Assembly (NCBI GenBank): GCA_963725865.1
Contig: CAVSAC010000014.1
Span: forward strand, 768,001-832,000
DNA: 64,000 nt
Direction: 5' to 3'
Source: Candidatus Eiseniibacteriota bacterium
GTDB lineage: Bacteria > Eisenbacteria > RBG-16-71-46
Shown: piece by piece, positions 1 to 10,612 of the stretch
Layout: the number at the start of each line of letters is the position of its first letter
How positions within the stretch are numbered: the stretch's first letter is position 1
Position numbers and translations under genes: made by a program
Notes under the pieces: model-generated
The model's database searches: none
Told to the model about the DNA's origin: nothing
The model's input: the letters and a program-made list of their open reading frames with translations, nothing else

Positions 1-1
1 C

Positions 2-595
2 TGCTACCCGACCGCCGCCACGCTCGCGCTGCTGCCGGCGATCGAGTCGGGCTGGATCCCCGGCCCGGTGATGGTGAGCGCGCTCTCGGGCGTGAGCGGC
101 GCCGGACGCGCGCCGGCGCTGCGCACCTCGTTCGTCGAGCTCGACGGCGGCGCCGCGCTCTACCGCGCCGGCGAGACCCACGCGCACGTGCCCGAGATGG
201 AGCGCACGCTCGCGCGCGTCGCCGGCCACGCGGTGCCGGTCGCGTTCGCGCCCCAGCTGGCGCCGATGGCGCGCGGGATCCTGCTCACCGCCACCGCGGC
301 GCTGGCGCGGCCGATCGCCCCCGCGGAGGCGCGCGCGGCCTACCTCGCGCGCTACGCCGAGGAGACCTTCGTGCAGGTGCTGCCGGAGGACGCGTGGCCC
401 GAGACGCGCGCGGTGAGGTCCTCGAACCGCTGCGACGTCGCGGTCACCACGGTGCACGGCGGGCGCACGCTGCTCGCCACCGCGGCACTCGACAACCTCG
501 TGAAGGGCGCCGCGGGCCAAGCGGTGCAGAACCTCAACCTGATGCTCGGCTGGCCCGAGGCCTGGGGCCTGCCGGTGCACGGGAGCCCGTGGTGA
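2..595 (+). CDS. argC: N-acetyl-gamma-glutamyl-phosphate reductase (5'-truncated by window edge)
   Basis: Frame from base 2 reads CYPTA (catalytic Cys), then SGVSGAGR, RGIL and DNLVKGAAGQAVQNLN; first gene of an arg operon. Confidence 0.95.
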   Translation, partial: CYPTAATLALLPAIESGWIPGPVMVSALSGVSGAGRAPALRTSFVELDGGAALYRAGETHAHVPEMERTLARVAGHAVPVAFAPQLAPMARGILLTATAALARPIAPAEARAAYLARYAEETFVQVLPEDAWPETRAVRSSNRCDVAVTTVHGGRTLLATAALDNLVKGAAGQAVQNLNLMLGWPEAWGLPVHGSPW

Positions 596-1485
596 AGAGC
601 GCGGAGTTGCAGAGGGGCGGCTCCGCCGCCGCGATGATCCGGGGGAACCGTCGCGCGATGACGGTCGCGGGTCCCGCGCGATCATCGGGGGCCGAGTCGC
701 CCACCGCGGCGGTACCCGTGGTGGTCAAGCTCGGAGGCCGCGCGCTCGAGGCGCCGGGAGCGCACGAGCAGCTGGCCGCCGACCTCGCACGACTCGCCGG
801 TGCACGCCTCCTCGTCCACGGCGGCGGCGCCGAGGTGAGCGCGTGGCTCGAGCGCCTCGGGCTCGAGCCGCGCTTCGCCGACGGCCTGCGCGTCACCGAT
901 CCGCCCACGCTCGAGGTCGCCACCGCGGTGCTCGCGGGGCTCGCGAACAAGCGGCTGGTCGCGCGGCTGCGCGCGGCGGGCGTCGACGCCATCGGACTGG
1001 CGGCACTCGACGCCGGGATCCTGGCGTGCGCGCCGCACCCCGACGCCGCGCGGCTCGGCGCGGTGGGCGTCGTCACCGGCGCGAACGCGGGCGTGCTGCA
1101 GGCGCTGCTCGGGCAGGGCCTGCTGCCGGTGGTCGCGAGCATCGGCGAGCACGCGGGCGCGCTGCTCAACCTCAACGCCGACGACGCGGCCTGCGCGCTC
1201 GCCGCGGCACTGCACGCGCGCGACCTGGTGCTGCTGAGCGACACGCCCGGCCTGGTGCTGGACGGCGCGGTGCGGCGCACGCTCGACGTCGCGGGGCTCG
1301 ACGCCGCACTCGCCGGCACCCAGGTGACCGGCGGCATGGTCCCCAAGCTGCGGGCGGCGCGCCGCGCACTCGCCGCGGGGGTCGCGCGCGTGCACATCGC
1401 CGCGTGGGACGGCCCCGCCACGCTCGCGCGCCTGCTGGGTGGCGCGGGCGCCGGCACCACCCTCACCGTGGAGAGTCGCCCGTGA
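592..1485 (+). CDS. argB: Acetylglutamate kinase
   Basis: VVKLGG, VHGGG, GLRVTD, NLNAD and GGMVPK motifs. GTG at 592 overlaps the argC stop (GTGA); ATG 658 is an alternative start. Confidence 0.93.
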   Translation: MKSAELQRGGSAAAMIRGNRRAMTVAGPARSSGAESPTAAVPVVVKLGGRALEAPGAHEQLAADLARLAGARLLVHGGGAEVSAWLERLGLEPRFADGLRVTDPPTLEVATAVLAGLANKRLVARLRAAGVDAIGLAALDAGILACAPHPDAARLGAVGVVTGANAGVLQALLGQGLLPVVASIGEHAGALLNLNADDAACALAAALHARDLVLLSDTPGLVLDGAVRRTLDVAGLDAALAGTQVTGGMVPKLRAARRALAAGVARVHIAAWDGPATLARLLGGAGAGTTLTVESRP

Positions 1486-2753
1486 CCAGCACCCTGCCCG
1501 CGTCCGCCGCCCCACCGAGCACGCTGCCCGAGGCCGACCTGGCGTTCGGCGAGGTGGGCCTGCTGGCGCCGATCTATCCGCTGCCGCGGCTCGCGCTCTC
1601 GCACGGCAAGGGCACCTGGGTGTGGGACGTCACCGGGCGCGGCTACCTCGACTTCGCGAGCGGCATCGCGGTGAACGCCATGGGGCACGCGCCCACCGGG
1701 CTCCAGCGCGCGGTCGCGCGGCAGATGCGCGAGCTGGTGCACGTCTCGAACCTGTTCTCGAACGCGCCCGCGCTCGCGTTCGCGCAGCGGCTCGCGCAGG
1801 CGACCGGCTACTCGCACGTGTTCCTGTGCAACTCGGGCACCGAGGCCAACGAGGCGGCGCTCAAGTTCGCGCGCGCCCACGCCCGCGCGCGCGGCCGCGC
1901 GGGCCGCGAGATCCTGGCGTTCAAGGGCGGCTTCCACGGGCGCACGGCGCTCGCGCTGTCGGCCACCTGGCAGCCGTCGTACCGCGAGCCGTTCGCGCCG
2001 CTGGTGCCGGGAGTGCGCTTCGCCGACTTCAACGACGCCGCGGCGCTCGACGCGGGACTCGACGAGGCGGTGTGCGCCGCGATCGTGGAGCCGGTGCAGG
2101 GCGAGGGCGGTGCGATCCCGGCGAGCCGCGACTTCCTGCAGGCGCTGCGCGCGCGCACCACGGCGCTCGGCTCCCTGCTGGTGTTCGACGAGGTGCAGAC
2201 CGGCATGGGCCGCTGCGGCCACCTGCTGGCGGCGGAGCACTACGGCGTGCGCGCGGACCTCACTGTGATGAGCAAGGCGCTCGGCGGCGGGCTTCCGCTC
2301 GGCGCGGTGCTGATGACCGCCGAGGTCGCACGCTCGCTGCAGCCCGGCATGCACGGCTGCACGTTCGGCGGCGGCCCGGTGGTGACGACCGCCGGGGCCT
2401 GGACGCTGGCGCAGATCGACCGCCCGGGCTTCCTCGCGCGCGTGCGGCGCCGCGGCCGCACGCTGGGGAGCGCGCTCGAGACGCTGGTGGCGCGCCACCA
2501 CTCGCTCGCCGGGGAGCGCGGGCTCGGACTGCTGCGCGCGGTCGAGCTCGCCCCCGACGCGCCCTACACCCCCGCCGCGCTGGTCGCGCGCGCGCGGGCG
2601 AACGGACTCCTCACCGTGCGCGGCGGCGAGCGCGCGGTGCGCCTGCTGCCGCCGCTGACCGTCAGCCCGGCGGAGATCGACGACGCCGTGCAGCGCTTCG
2701 ACGCCGCCGTGGCGGCGCTCGAGCTGGACCCCACTCCGGAGACGACGACGTGA
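1482..2753 (+). CDS. argD: Acetylornithine aminotransferase (class III PLP)
   Basis: YLDFASGIAVN, NSGTEANEAA, FHGRT, EPVQGEGG, DEVQTGMGR and PLP Lys in SKALGGG; GTGA overlap with argB. Confidence 0.93.
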   Translation: MTSTLPASAAPPSTLPEADLAFGEVGLLAPIYPLPRLALSHGKGTWVWDVTGRGYLDFASGIAVNAMGHAPTGLQRAVARQMRELVHVSNLFSNAPALAFAQRLAQATGYSHVFLCNSGTEANEAALKFARAHARARGRAGREILAFKGGFHGRTALALSATWQPSYREPFAPLVPGVRFADFNDAAALDAGLDEAVCAAIVEPVQGEGGAIPASRDFLQALRARTTALGSLLVFDEVQTGMGRCGHLLAAEHYGVRADLTVMSKALGGGLPLGAVLMTAEVARSLQPGMHGCTFGGGPVVTTAGAWTLAQIDRPGFLARVRRRGRTLGSALETLVARHHSLAGERGLGLLRAVELAPDAPYTPAALVARARANGLLTVRGGERAVRLLPPLTVSPAEIDDAVQRFDAAVAALELDPTPETTT

Positions 2754-2755
2754 CG

Positions 2756-4034
<1,279 letters not shown>

Positions 4035-4045
<11 letters not shown>

Positions 4046-6104
4046 ATCCGGCCGGACCGGCGCGGTGTGGCAGGGCCGGCTCGCCGCCGGGCTCGATCCG
4101 CGCGCGCGCGTGCTGAACGACTCGCTGCCCGTGGATCAGCGCCTGTGGCCCGAGGAGTTGGCGCTGTCGCGCGCCTACGCCCGCGCGATCGCCGAGTGTG
4201 GTGTGCTGGCGGCCGACGAGCTGCGGGCGCTGCTCGCGGCGTGCGACGCGCTCGGCGACGACCTGGCGGCGGGCCGTGCGACGCTGGCGGGCGAGGACGT
4301 GCACTCGGCGGTCGAGGCCGCGCTCACCGAACGTTGCGGCGACCCGGCGCGCCGGCTCCACACCGGCCGCAGCCGCAACGACCAGGTGGCGACGCTCACC
4401 CGCATGCGCGTGATGCGCCTGTGCGAGGAGGCGCTCGAGGGCGTGCGCGCGCTCGAGCGCGCGCTGGTCCTGCAGGCGCAGCAAGCGGACGGCATCGCGG
4501 TCGCGGCGTGCACGCACCTGCAGCCGGCGCAGCCGGTGCTGCTCGCCCACCTGTGGCTCGCGCACGTCGCGGCGCTCGAGCGCGACGAGGACCGCTTCGC
4601 GGCCGCCCGCGAGGCCGCCGACCTGATGCCGCTCGGCGCCGGCGCGGTGGCGGGCTCGCCGCTCGCGTACGACCGGCTCGCGCTCGCCGGCCGCCTCGGC
4701 TTCAGCCGCCTCGCCGCCAACAGCGTCGACGCGGTCGGCGATCGCGACTTCGCGCTCGACTACCTGAACGCCGCCGCGGTGCTCGCGGTGCACCTGTCGC
4801 GGATGGCCGAGGACCTGGTGATGTGGTGCTCGCCGTTCTTCGGCTGGTTCGCGGCGCCCGACGGGTTCTCGACCGGCTCCAGCCTGCTGCCGCAGAAGCG
4901 CAATCCCGACCTGTTCGAGCTGGCACGCGGCAAGAGCGCGCGGCTGATCGCGAACGCCCAGCGGCTCGCGATCCTGATGAAGGCGCTGCCGGGCGCGTAC
5001 CAGAAGGATCTGCAGGAGGACAAGGAGGCGATCTTCGACACCGCCGACACGCTCGCGCGGCTGCTCGCAGCGCTGCCGCCGGCGATCGAGGCGCTGGTGC
5101 CGGACGCGGCGCGCATGCGCGCGAGCCTGACGCCCGACCTGCTGGCGGTCGAGCTCGCCGACGCGCTGGTGGACCGCGGGGTGCCGTTCCGTGACGCGCA
5201 CGCCGCCGTCGGCCGGCTGTGGGCCGCGGCCGAGCGCGCCCGCGTGGCGCCCGCGGCGCTGCCGGAGACCGAGCGGCTGGCGATCTCGTCGCACTTCACC
5301 GCCGACCTCCTCGCCAGTCTCACCGTCGAGCGCGCACTCGAGCGCCGCTCGCACGCGCCAGGCGCCGGGCCGAGCAGCGTGGCAGCGCAGCTCGCCCGCG
5401 CCGAGGCGCGCCTCGGCCTCGGCGCGGGGGACCCCGAGTCGGGCGCCGCGCCGGCGGGCGCGCTGCTGGTGCCCCCGGCCGCGCGCGACCCGCGGCTCGA
5501 GCACGCCGTCACGCTGGCCGACGCCGAGGGCGCCGCGCGCGCCGACGGCCTCACGCTGCGGCCCGCGAGCATCGCCGACGTGCCCGGGATCGCGCGATTG
5601 ATGGCCGCCTACGTCGCGCAGGGCGTGCTGCTGCCGCGGCCGGTCGGCGAGCTCTACCAGTGCGTCCGCGAGTTCCACGTCGCCACGGGTGCCGACGGCA
5701 TCGTGGCGTGCGCGGCCCTGCGCCTGCTGTGGAGCGATCTCGGCGAGGTGCGCTCGCTCGCGGTGCGCCCCGACCAGCACGGCCGCGGGCTGGGCGCCGC
5801 GCTGGTCGAGCGCGTGCTCGACGATGCCCGCCGCATCGGCCTGCCGCGCGTGATCGCGCTCACGCGCGAAGTGGCGTTCTTCGAGCGCTGCGGATTCCGC
5901 GTGGTCTCGCGCGACACGCTGCCGCGCAAGGTGTGGACCGATTGCGTACGGTGTCCGCGCCGGCACGCGTGCGACGAGGTCGCGGTGGTGCTCGACCTCG
6001 CGCCGGGCGCCTCCGAGGCGGCGGCTGCCGCCGGCCGCTCGTGGCTGCTGCCGATCCCGCAGACCGGCACCCCGGAGCCGGGCGCGCTGCCGATCGTCTC
6101 GTGA
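4035..6104 (+). CDS. argH: Argininosuccinate lyase fused to a C-terminal GNAT N-acetylglutamate synthase (ArgH-ArgA)
   Basis: GGAGGAG then GTG 4035. HTGRSRNDQ, THLQPAQP, GSSLLPQKRNPD and KDLQEDKE (ArgH); after a linker, LLPR, EVRSLAV, GRGLG and LPRKVWTDC (short ArgA GNAT). Confidence 0.92.
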
Positions 6105-7081
6105 TCGCGCGCGCGGCCCCGCTCCACCTCACCGGGCTGCTCGATCTCGATCGCGACTGGGTGCTGCGCCTGTTCGCGCGCGCCGCGACCGTGCGCGCGG
6201 CCGCCGGCGGGGTGGAGTCTCCGCGCCCGCTCGCGAACCGCACGGTCGCGCTGGTGTTCCACAAGCCCTCGTTGCGCACGCGCGTGTCGTTCGCGGCCGC
6301 GGTGCACGCGCTCGGGGGCGGGACGGTGGACCTGTCCGCGTCCGAGGTGAACCTGGACGGGCGGGACAGCCTCGCCGACGTCGCGCACGTGCTGTCGAGC
6401 CTGTGCGCTGCGATCGTGGTGCGCACGTTCGCGCACCGGCTGGTGGTCGAGCTGGCGTCCCACGCGCGGGTGCCGGTGATCAATGCGCTCACCGACCACT
6501 CCCACCCCTGCCAGATCCTCTCCGATCTCGACGTGCTGCAGCGCCACGGCCTCGATCTCGACCGCATGACGGTCGCCTGGGTGGGCGACGGCAACAACGT
6601 GCTCCACTCCTGGCTCGAGGCGGCGACGCTGTTCGGCTTCCGGCTCCACGTCGCGGTGCCGGACGGCTTCGAGCCCGACGCCGGGCTCTTCCTGGAGGCC
6701 GAGCGGCGAGCGGGTGGCGGGCTGAAGCGCTTCCGCGATCCGCGCGAGGCGGTACGCGGAGCGGACGTGGTGTACACCGACGCGTGGACCAGCATGGGGC
6801 GCGAGGACGAGGCTGACTGGCGGCGGGTGTCGTTCACCGGCTACCAGATCGACGCGTCCTTCATGGCCGCCGCCGCACCCGCGGCGGTGTTCATGCACTG
6901 CCTGCCCGCCCACCGCGGCGAGGAAGTGACCGACGAGGTGCTCGACGGTCCCCAGAGCCTGGTGGTGGAGCAGGCGGCCAACCGCCGGGTGCTCCAACAG
7001 GCGCTGCTCGCCACCCTGGTCGAAGCCGCCGACGCGGCCGCCGGCCACGCCGCGCGGGGTCCCGCCGGCGCGCGGGCCTAG
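6101..7081 (+). CDS. argF: Ornithine carbamoyltransferase
   Basis: KPSLRTR, HPCQ, GDGNNV, DAWTSMG and FMHCLPAHRG motifs; GTGA overlap with argH. Confidence 0.93.
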   Translation: MIARAAPLHLTGLLDLDRDWVLRLFARAATVRAAAGGVESPRPLANRTVALVFHKPSLRTRVSFAAAVHALGGGTVDLSASEVNLDGRDSLADVAHVLSSLCAAIVVRTFAHRLVVELASHARVPVINALTDHSHPCQILSDLDVLQRHGLDLDRMTVAWVGDGNNVLHSWLEAATLFGFRLHVAVPDGFEPDAGLFLEAERRAGGGLKRFRDPREAVRGADVVYTDAWTSMGREDEADWRRVSFTGYQIDASFMAAAAPAAVFMHCLPAHRGEEVTDEVLDGPQSLVVEQAANRRVLQQALLATLVEAADAAAGHAARGPAGARA

Positions 7082-7221
7082 TCCGGCGCCAGCTGGGCTC
7101 GGCTCCAGCCCGATCTGCGTGCTCATGTCCGCCCGGGAGCTGCCGAAACCACCGATGAGTGCTCGGCCCCGGGGCCATCACGCCCCGCGGACAGGAGTTC
7201 CTCCAACAGGACGGCGGAGGC

Positions 7222-8490
7222 ATGAGGTTCCAGTGGCTGCAGAGGCTGTTGGCTCGCACCTCGCGCGATGGCGCCGAGGCGGCAGCGGCCACCCTCGTGA
7301 TGGACGAGCCGGCCGCGGACGAGCCGGCGGTGGTCGAATCGGCCGCGGACGAGCGCGTGGCCGCCGAGCCCGCCGCGGCCGAGCCCGCTGCGGACGAGTT
7401 GGCTATGGTCGAGCCGGCGGTGGACGAGTTGGCTGTGGTCGAGTCGGCCGCGGACGAGCCGCCCGCAGACGAGCCCGCCGCGGACGGGCCGGCCGCTGAC
7501 GAGCCACGGGCCACCCCGGCGTCCTGCGTGGCCACGGACGACGAACCGCCGCCGCCGGCCGATCCGCGGTATCCCGAGTCATCGGTCGTGGTCGCGAACG
7601 TGGCGAGCTCGGCCTCGCTCGGCCGCTCGCTGGCGGAGCGGGTGCGCGTGCTGATGGACGGGGCGAGCCCCGAGGCGCGCAAGTCGGACGGTCCCGCGCT
7701 GGTCGAGGCCCTGCTCGAGTGCCACCCGAAGATGATCCGCCAGCCAACGGCGGCCGCCCGGCAGGCGCTCGTGGTGAGCCGCGATCCGCGTGCGAGCACC
7801 CGCCAGATCGCGGCGCTGTTCGAGGACGACCCGGGCCTCGCGCAGTCGCTGCTCACCCTGGCGAACTCGGCCTACTACGCGCGCGGCGATTCCCCGCTCG
7901 CGTCGATCCACGACGCGGTGCGGCGGGTGGGGCGGCGCGCGGTCGAGAGCGTGCTGATGGAGAGCATGGTGCAGGCGCTGCTGTGCCGGTCCGGCGGCGC
8001 GTTCGAGTTCATGATGCGCATGACCTGGACGCACATGCAGCGCACCGCGCCGATCGCGCGGGCGATCGCGCGCGAGTTCGGCGTGCACCCCGACACCGCG
8101 TACTCGCTCGCGCTGCTGCACGACGTGGGCAAGCTGGTGATCTTCGACCTCGTCTCGACGCTGCGCGCCGAGGAACAGCGCGACCTGAGCATCCCCGAGG
8201 AGTTCTTCCGCGCCCTGGTCGGCCAGCTGCACGAGCCGATTGGCGGCATGGCGATGCTGCGCTGGGGCATGGGCGGCGACGCCGCGTTCGCAATCGGCGA
8301 GCATCATCGCCATGCACTGCCGGAGCAGCCGTCGCCGGAGACCGAGGTGCTGTTCGTGGCCGAGGCGATCGAGCTGTCGAAGAGCCGCGGCGATGCGCTC
8401 GACTGGGACGAGCTGTGGCAGCGCGGGGGCATCCGCGCCGACGCTGCGATCGTCGCGGAGCTGCTCCGGGAGATGGACCCGGCCGCCTGA
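7222..8490 (+). CDS. HDOD-domain signalling protein with an N-terminal acidic repeat tract
   Basis: GGAGG RBS before ATG 7222. DPGLAQSLLTLANSAYY, SIHDAVRRVG, LLHDVGKL and HEPIGG...WG...AIGEHH are typical of HDOD. Confidence 0.85.
   Translation: MRFQWLQRLLARTSRDGAEAAAATLVMDEPAADEPAVVESAADERVAAEPAAAEPAADELAMVEPAVDELAVVESAADEPPADEPAADGPAADEPRATPASCVATDDEPPPPADPRYPESSVVVANVASSASLGRSLAERVRVLMDGASPEARKSDGPALVEALLECHPKMIRQPTAAARQALVVSRDPRASTRQIAALFEDDPGLAQSLLTLANSAYYARGDSPLASIHDAVRRVGRRAVESVLMESMVQALLCRSGGAFEFMMRMTWTHMQRTAPIARAIAREFGVHPDTAYSLALLHDVGKLVIFDLVSTLRAEEQRDLSIPEEFFRALVGQLHEPIGGMAMLRWGMGGDAAFAIGEHHRHALPEQPSPETEVLFVAEAIELSKSRGDALDWDELWQRGGIRADAAIVAELLREMDPAA
7303..7506 (+). repeat. Imperfect coding tandem repeat (15/30-nt units; DEPAA / DE(P/L)A(V/M)VE(S/P)A)
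   Basis: Recurrent gacgagcc/gacgagtt...gccgcg units visible in both DNA and protein. Confidence 0.85.
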
Positions 8491-8569
8491 GCGCCGGACG
8501 TTTGGTCCGGGGCGGACAGGGGGCGCGGAGCCGTGCAGGCTCTGCGCCCCTCCTCTATAGTCCCGCGCC

Positions 8570-9676
8570 ATGCCGACCCCGCCGACCGTCGTCCGACTGC
8601 TGCCCACCCGCGGCCTCAAGGCGCGCCTGGCGATCAATCACGCGTGGGCCGCGGTGGCGCTGATCCTGACCGGCGCGGCGACGCTGGCGGGCGGCGACCC
8701 GCACCACGGGCACGGGGGCTGGCACCTGGTGGTCGCCGTGCTGGCGATCCTCGCGGGGGTCGCGGTGCTGGTGGCGATCGCGCGCGAGCTGGCCACCTAC
8801 GACGCCCGCCACCACGCCGCCGTCGGCTGGGCCGAGGTGTTCGCCGGCATCATGCTGGTGGTCGAGGGCCTCGAGCACCTCAAGTTCACCAAGTTCGTGC
8901 AGCCCGCGCTCGGATACTTCGTGGCCGGCGGGTTGACGCTGTACATCGGGCTGAACCTGGCGCGCTTCACCGGACTGCGGGTGCTGCGGCTCGACGACGA
9001 GGGCCTGTTCGCGCGGATCACGCCGCTGCGCTGGCTGCGGGCGGCGTGGAGCGACGTCGCGCTGCTCTCCACCGACGCGCGGGGCATGACGATCGAACGG
9101 GTCCGCGGCGGCAGGCGGCGGCTCGACTTCGGGGCGGTCGCCAACCGCGACGAGGCGCTGGCGATGCTGCGGCTGCACGCGGCGCGCAACGGGGTGCCGA
9201 CCGGAGCGCTGCCGCCGGCCGCCCAGCGCGTGCAGGAGGCCCTGCGGGCGCGCGGCTCGGCGGCCCGCGTCGTGACGCTCGAGCGGCCGGGCCACACCGC
9301 TACCGAGGCGGCCCAGGTGCTCGACTGCGACGTCGCGCGGATCGTGAAGTCGCTGGTGTTCCGCGGTGCCGGCAGCGGCCAGCCGCTGCTGGTGCTGGCG
9401 AGCGGGGCCAACCGGGTGGACGAGTCGCGGCTGGCGGCGTTGGCGGGCGAGCCCGCCGGGCGCGCCACGCCGGAGTTCGTGCGCGAGCACACCGGCTTCG
9501 CGATCGGCGGGGTGGCCCCGCTCGGGCACCCGGCGGCACTGCCGACGTGGATCGACCAGGATCTGCTCCAGCACCCGAGCGTGTGGGCCGCCGGCGGCAC
9601 CCCCGAGGCGTTCGTGCGCCTCGACCCCCACGATCTCGCGGGCCTGACCGGCGGCACGGTCACCGCCATCCGCTGA
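8570..9676 (+). CDS. Membrane protein fused to a C-terminal YbaK/EbsC aminoacyl-tRNA deacylase domain
   Basis: About 4 hydrophobic helices and a PH-like segment (RLDDEGL...AWSDV), then YbaK motifs HTATEAA, IVKSLVF, TGFAIGGVAPLGH and VWAAGGTP. Confidence 0.8.
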   Translation: MPTPPTVVRLLPTRGLKARLAINHAWAAVALILTGAATLAGGDPHHGHGGWHLVVAVLAILAGVAVLVAIARELATYDARHHAAVGWAEVFAGIMLVVEGLEHLKFTKFVQPALGYFVAGGLTLYIGLNLARFTGLRVLRLDDEGLFARITPLRWLRAAWSDVALLSTDARGMTIERVRGGRRRLDFGAVANRDEALAMLRLHAARNGVPTGALPPAAQRVQEALRARGSAARVVTLERPGHTATEAAQVLDCDVARIVKSLVFRGAGSGQPLLVLASGANRVDESRLAALAGEPAGRATPEFVREHTGFAIGGVAPLGHPAALPTWIDQDLLQHPSVWAAGGTPEAFVRLDPHDLAGLTGGTVTAIR

Positions 9677-9864
9677 GCCTGCGGCGCGGCCGTGGGACGG
9701 TGGCGGCGGACAGCGCGCCGCGCGCGGCCGATCGGTCCCGGCGGCCGCAACCCGGCGCGGCGGCCGCACGTAGCACCCGCACGGCACCCGCCGGGATCCG
9801 GCGTCGCTCACCGTAGGGGACGTGGGGCGGCGCCGGCGTGGGTGTCCCCTCCGTGGAGGATCCG

Positions 9865-10503
9865 ATGAGAGCCCTGCTTGCGACCGCCGCGCTCGTCCTG
9901 GTGCTGGCGGCGCCGTCGCACGCCCGCGACCTGCAGTCGCAGACCAAGAGCTACGCGGCTGCAGGGCTGCACAAGCTCACGCTCGAGCTGCCGCCGGGCG
10001 AGGTGACGCTGCGGAGCTCCGGCGACGATCACGTGCGACTGACGGTGGGGATCCACTGCGACCACGACGACGACCGCGCGTGCGAGCGGCGCGCGGAGGA
10101 TCTCGACCTCGACTCCGACCGCAACGGCGACCAGCTGGGGATCACCCTCAAGGACCGCACCTCCTGGAACGGGCGCCACACCGACGTGCGCTCCATCGTG
10201 GAGGTGCCGCGCGGCGTCGCGGTGTCCCTCGAGCTGGGCGCCGGCGAGCTGAACGTGTACGACCTCGGCGACGATCTCGAGGTCGCGATGGGCGCGGGCG
10301 ACGCGACGCTGCACCTGCGCGAGAGCGATGTGGGCTCGGTGCGCGTGCGGGTCGGGGTCGGCGACGCCACGCTGCACACCCGCACCGCCACCTACGACGG
10401 CGACGGCTTCATCAGCCGCACGCTGCACTGGGGCGGCGGCAGCGGCTCGGCGCGGGTGCGGATCGTGCTGGGCGCCGGGGACGTGGACCTGCGGCTGGAT
10501 TGA
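9865..10503 (+). CDS. Secreted beta-strand repeat protein (DUF4097/adhesin-like)
   Basis: GGAGGA RBS; signal peptide ending PSHA; repeated LGAGEL/MGAGDA/VGVGDA/LGAGDV strands. Confidence 0.7.
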   Translation: MRALLATAALVLVLAAPSHARDLQSQTKSYAAAGLHKLTLELPPGEVTLRSSGDDHVRLTVGIHCDHDDDRACERRAEDLDLDSDRNGDQLGITLKDRTSWNGRHTDVRSIVEVPRGVAVSLELGAGELNVYDLGDDLEVAMGAGDATLHLRESDVGSVRVRVGVGDATLHTRTATYDGDGFISRTLHWGGGSGSARVRIVLGAGDVDLRLD

Positions 10504-10518
10504 CACCGCAGGGTCGAG

Positions 10519-10556
<38 letters not shown>

Positions 10557-10612
10557 GGAACGATCATGCCGGCGGCCGCATCACGTCGCGCCTCGTGCTA
10601 TCGTCCCGCGCC

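Noticed and set aside
6101..7081. SLRT instead of STRT, suggesting an N-acetyl- or N-succinylornithine transcarbamylase
   Set aside because: The ornithine-binding SMG loop and HCLPAHRG are present, as in ordinary OTCases
7303..7506. CRISPR-like array
   Set aside because: The repeats are degenerate, in frame, lack unique spacers and have no cas genes nearby
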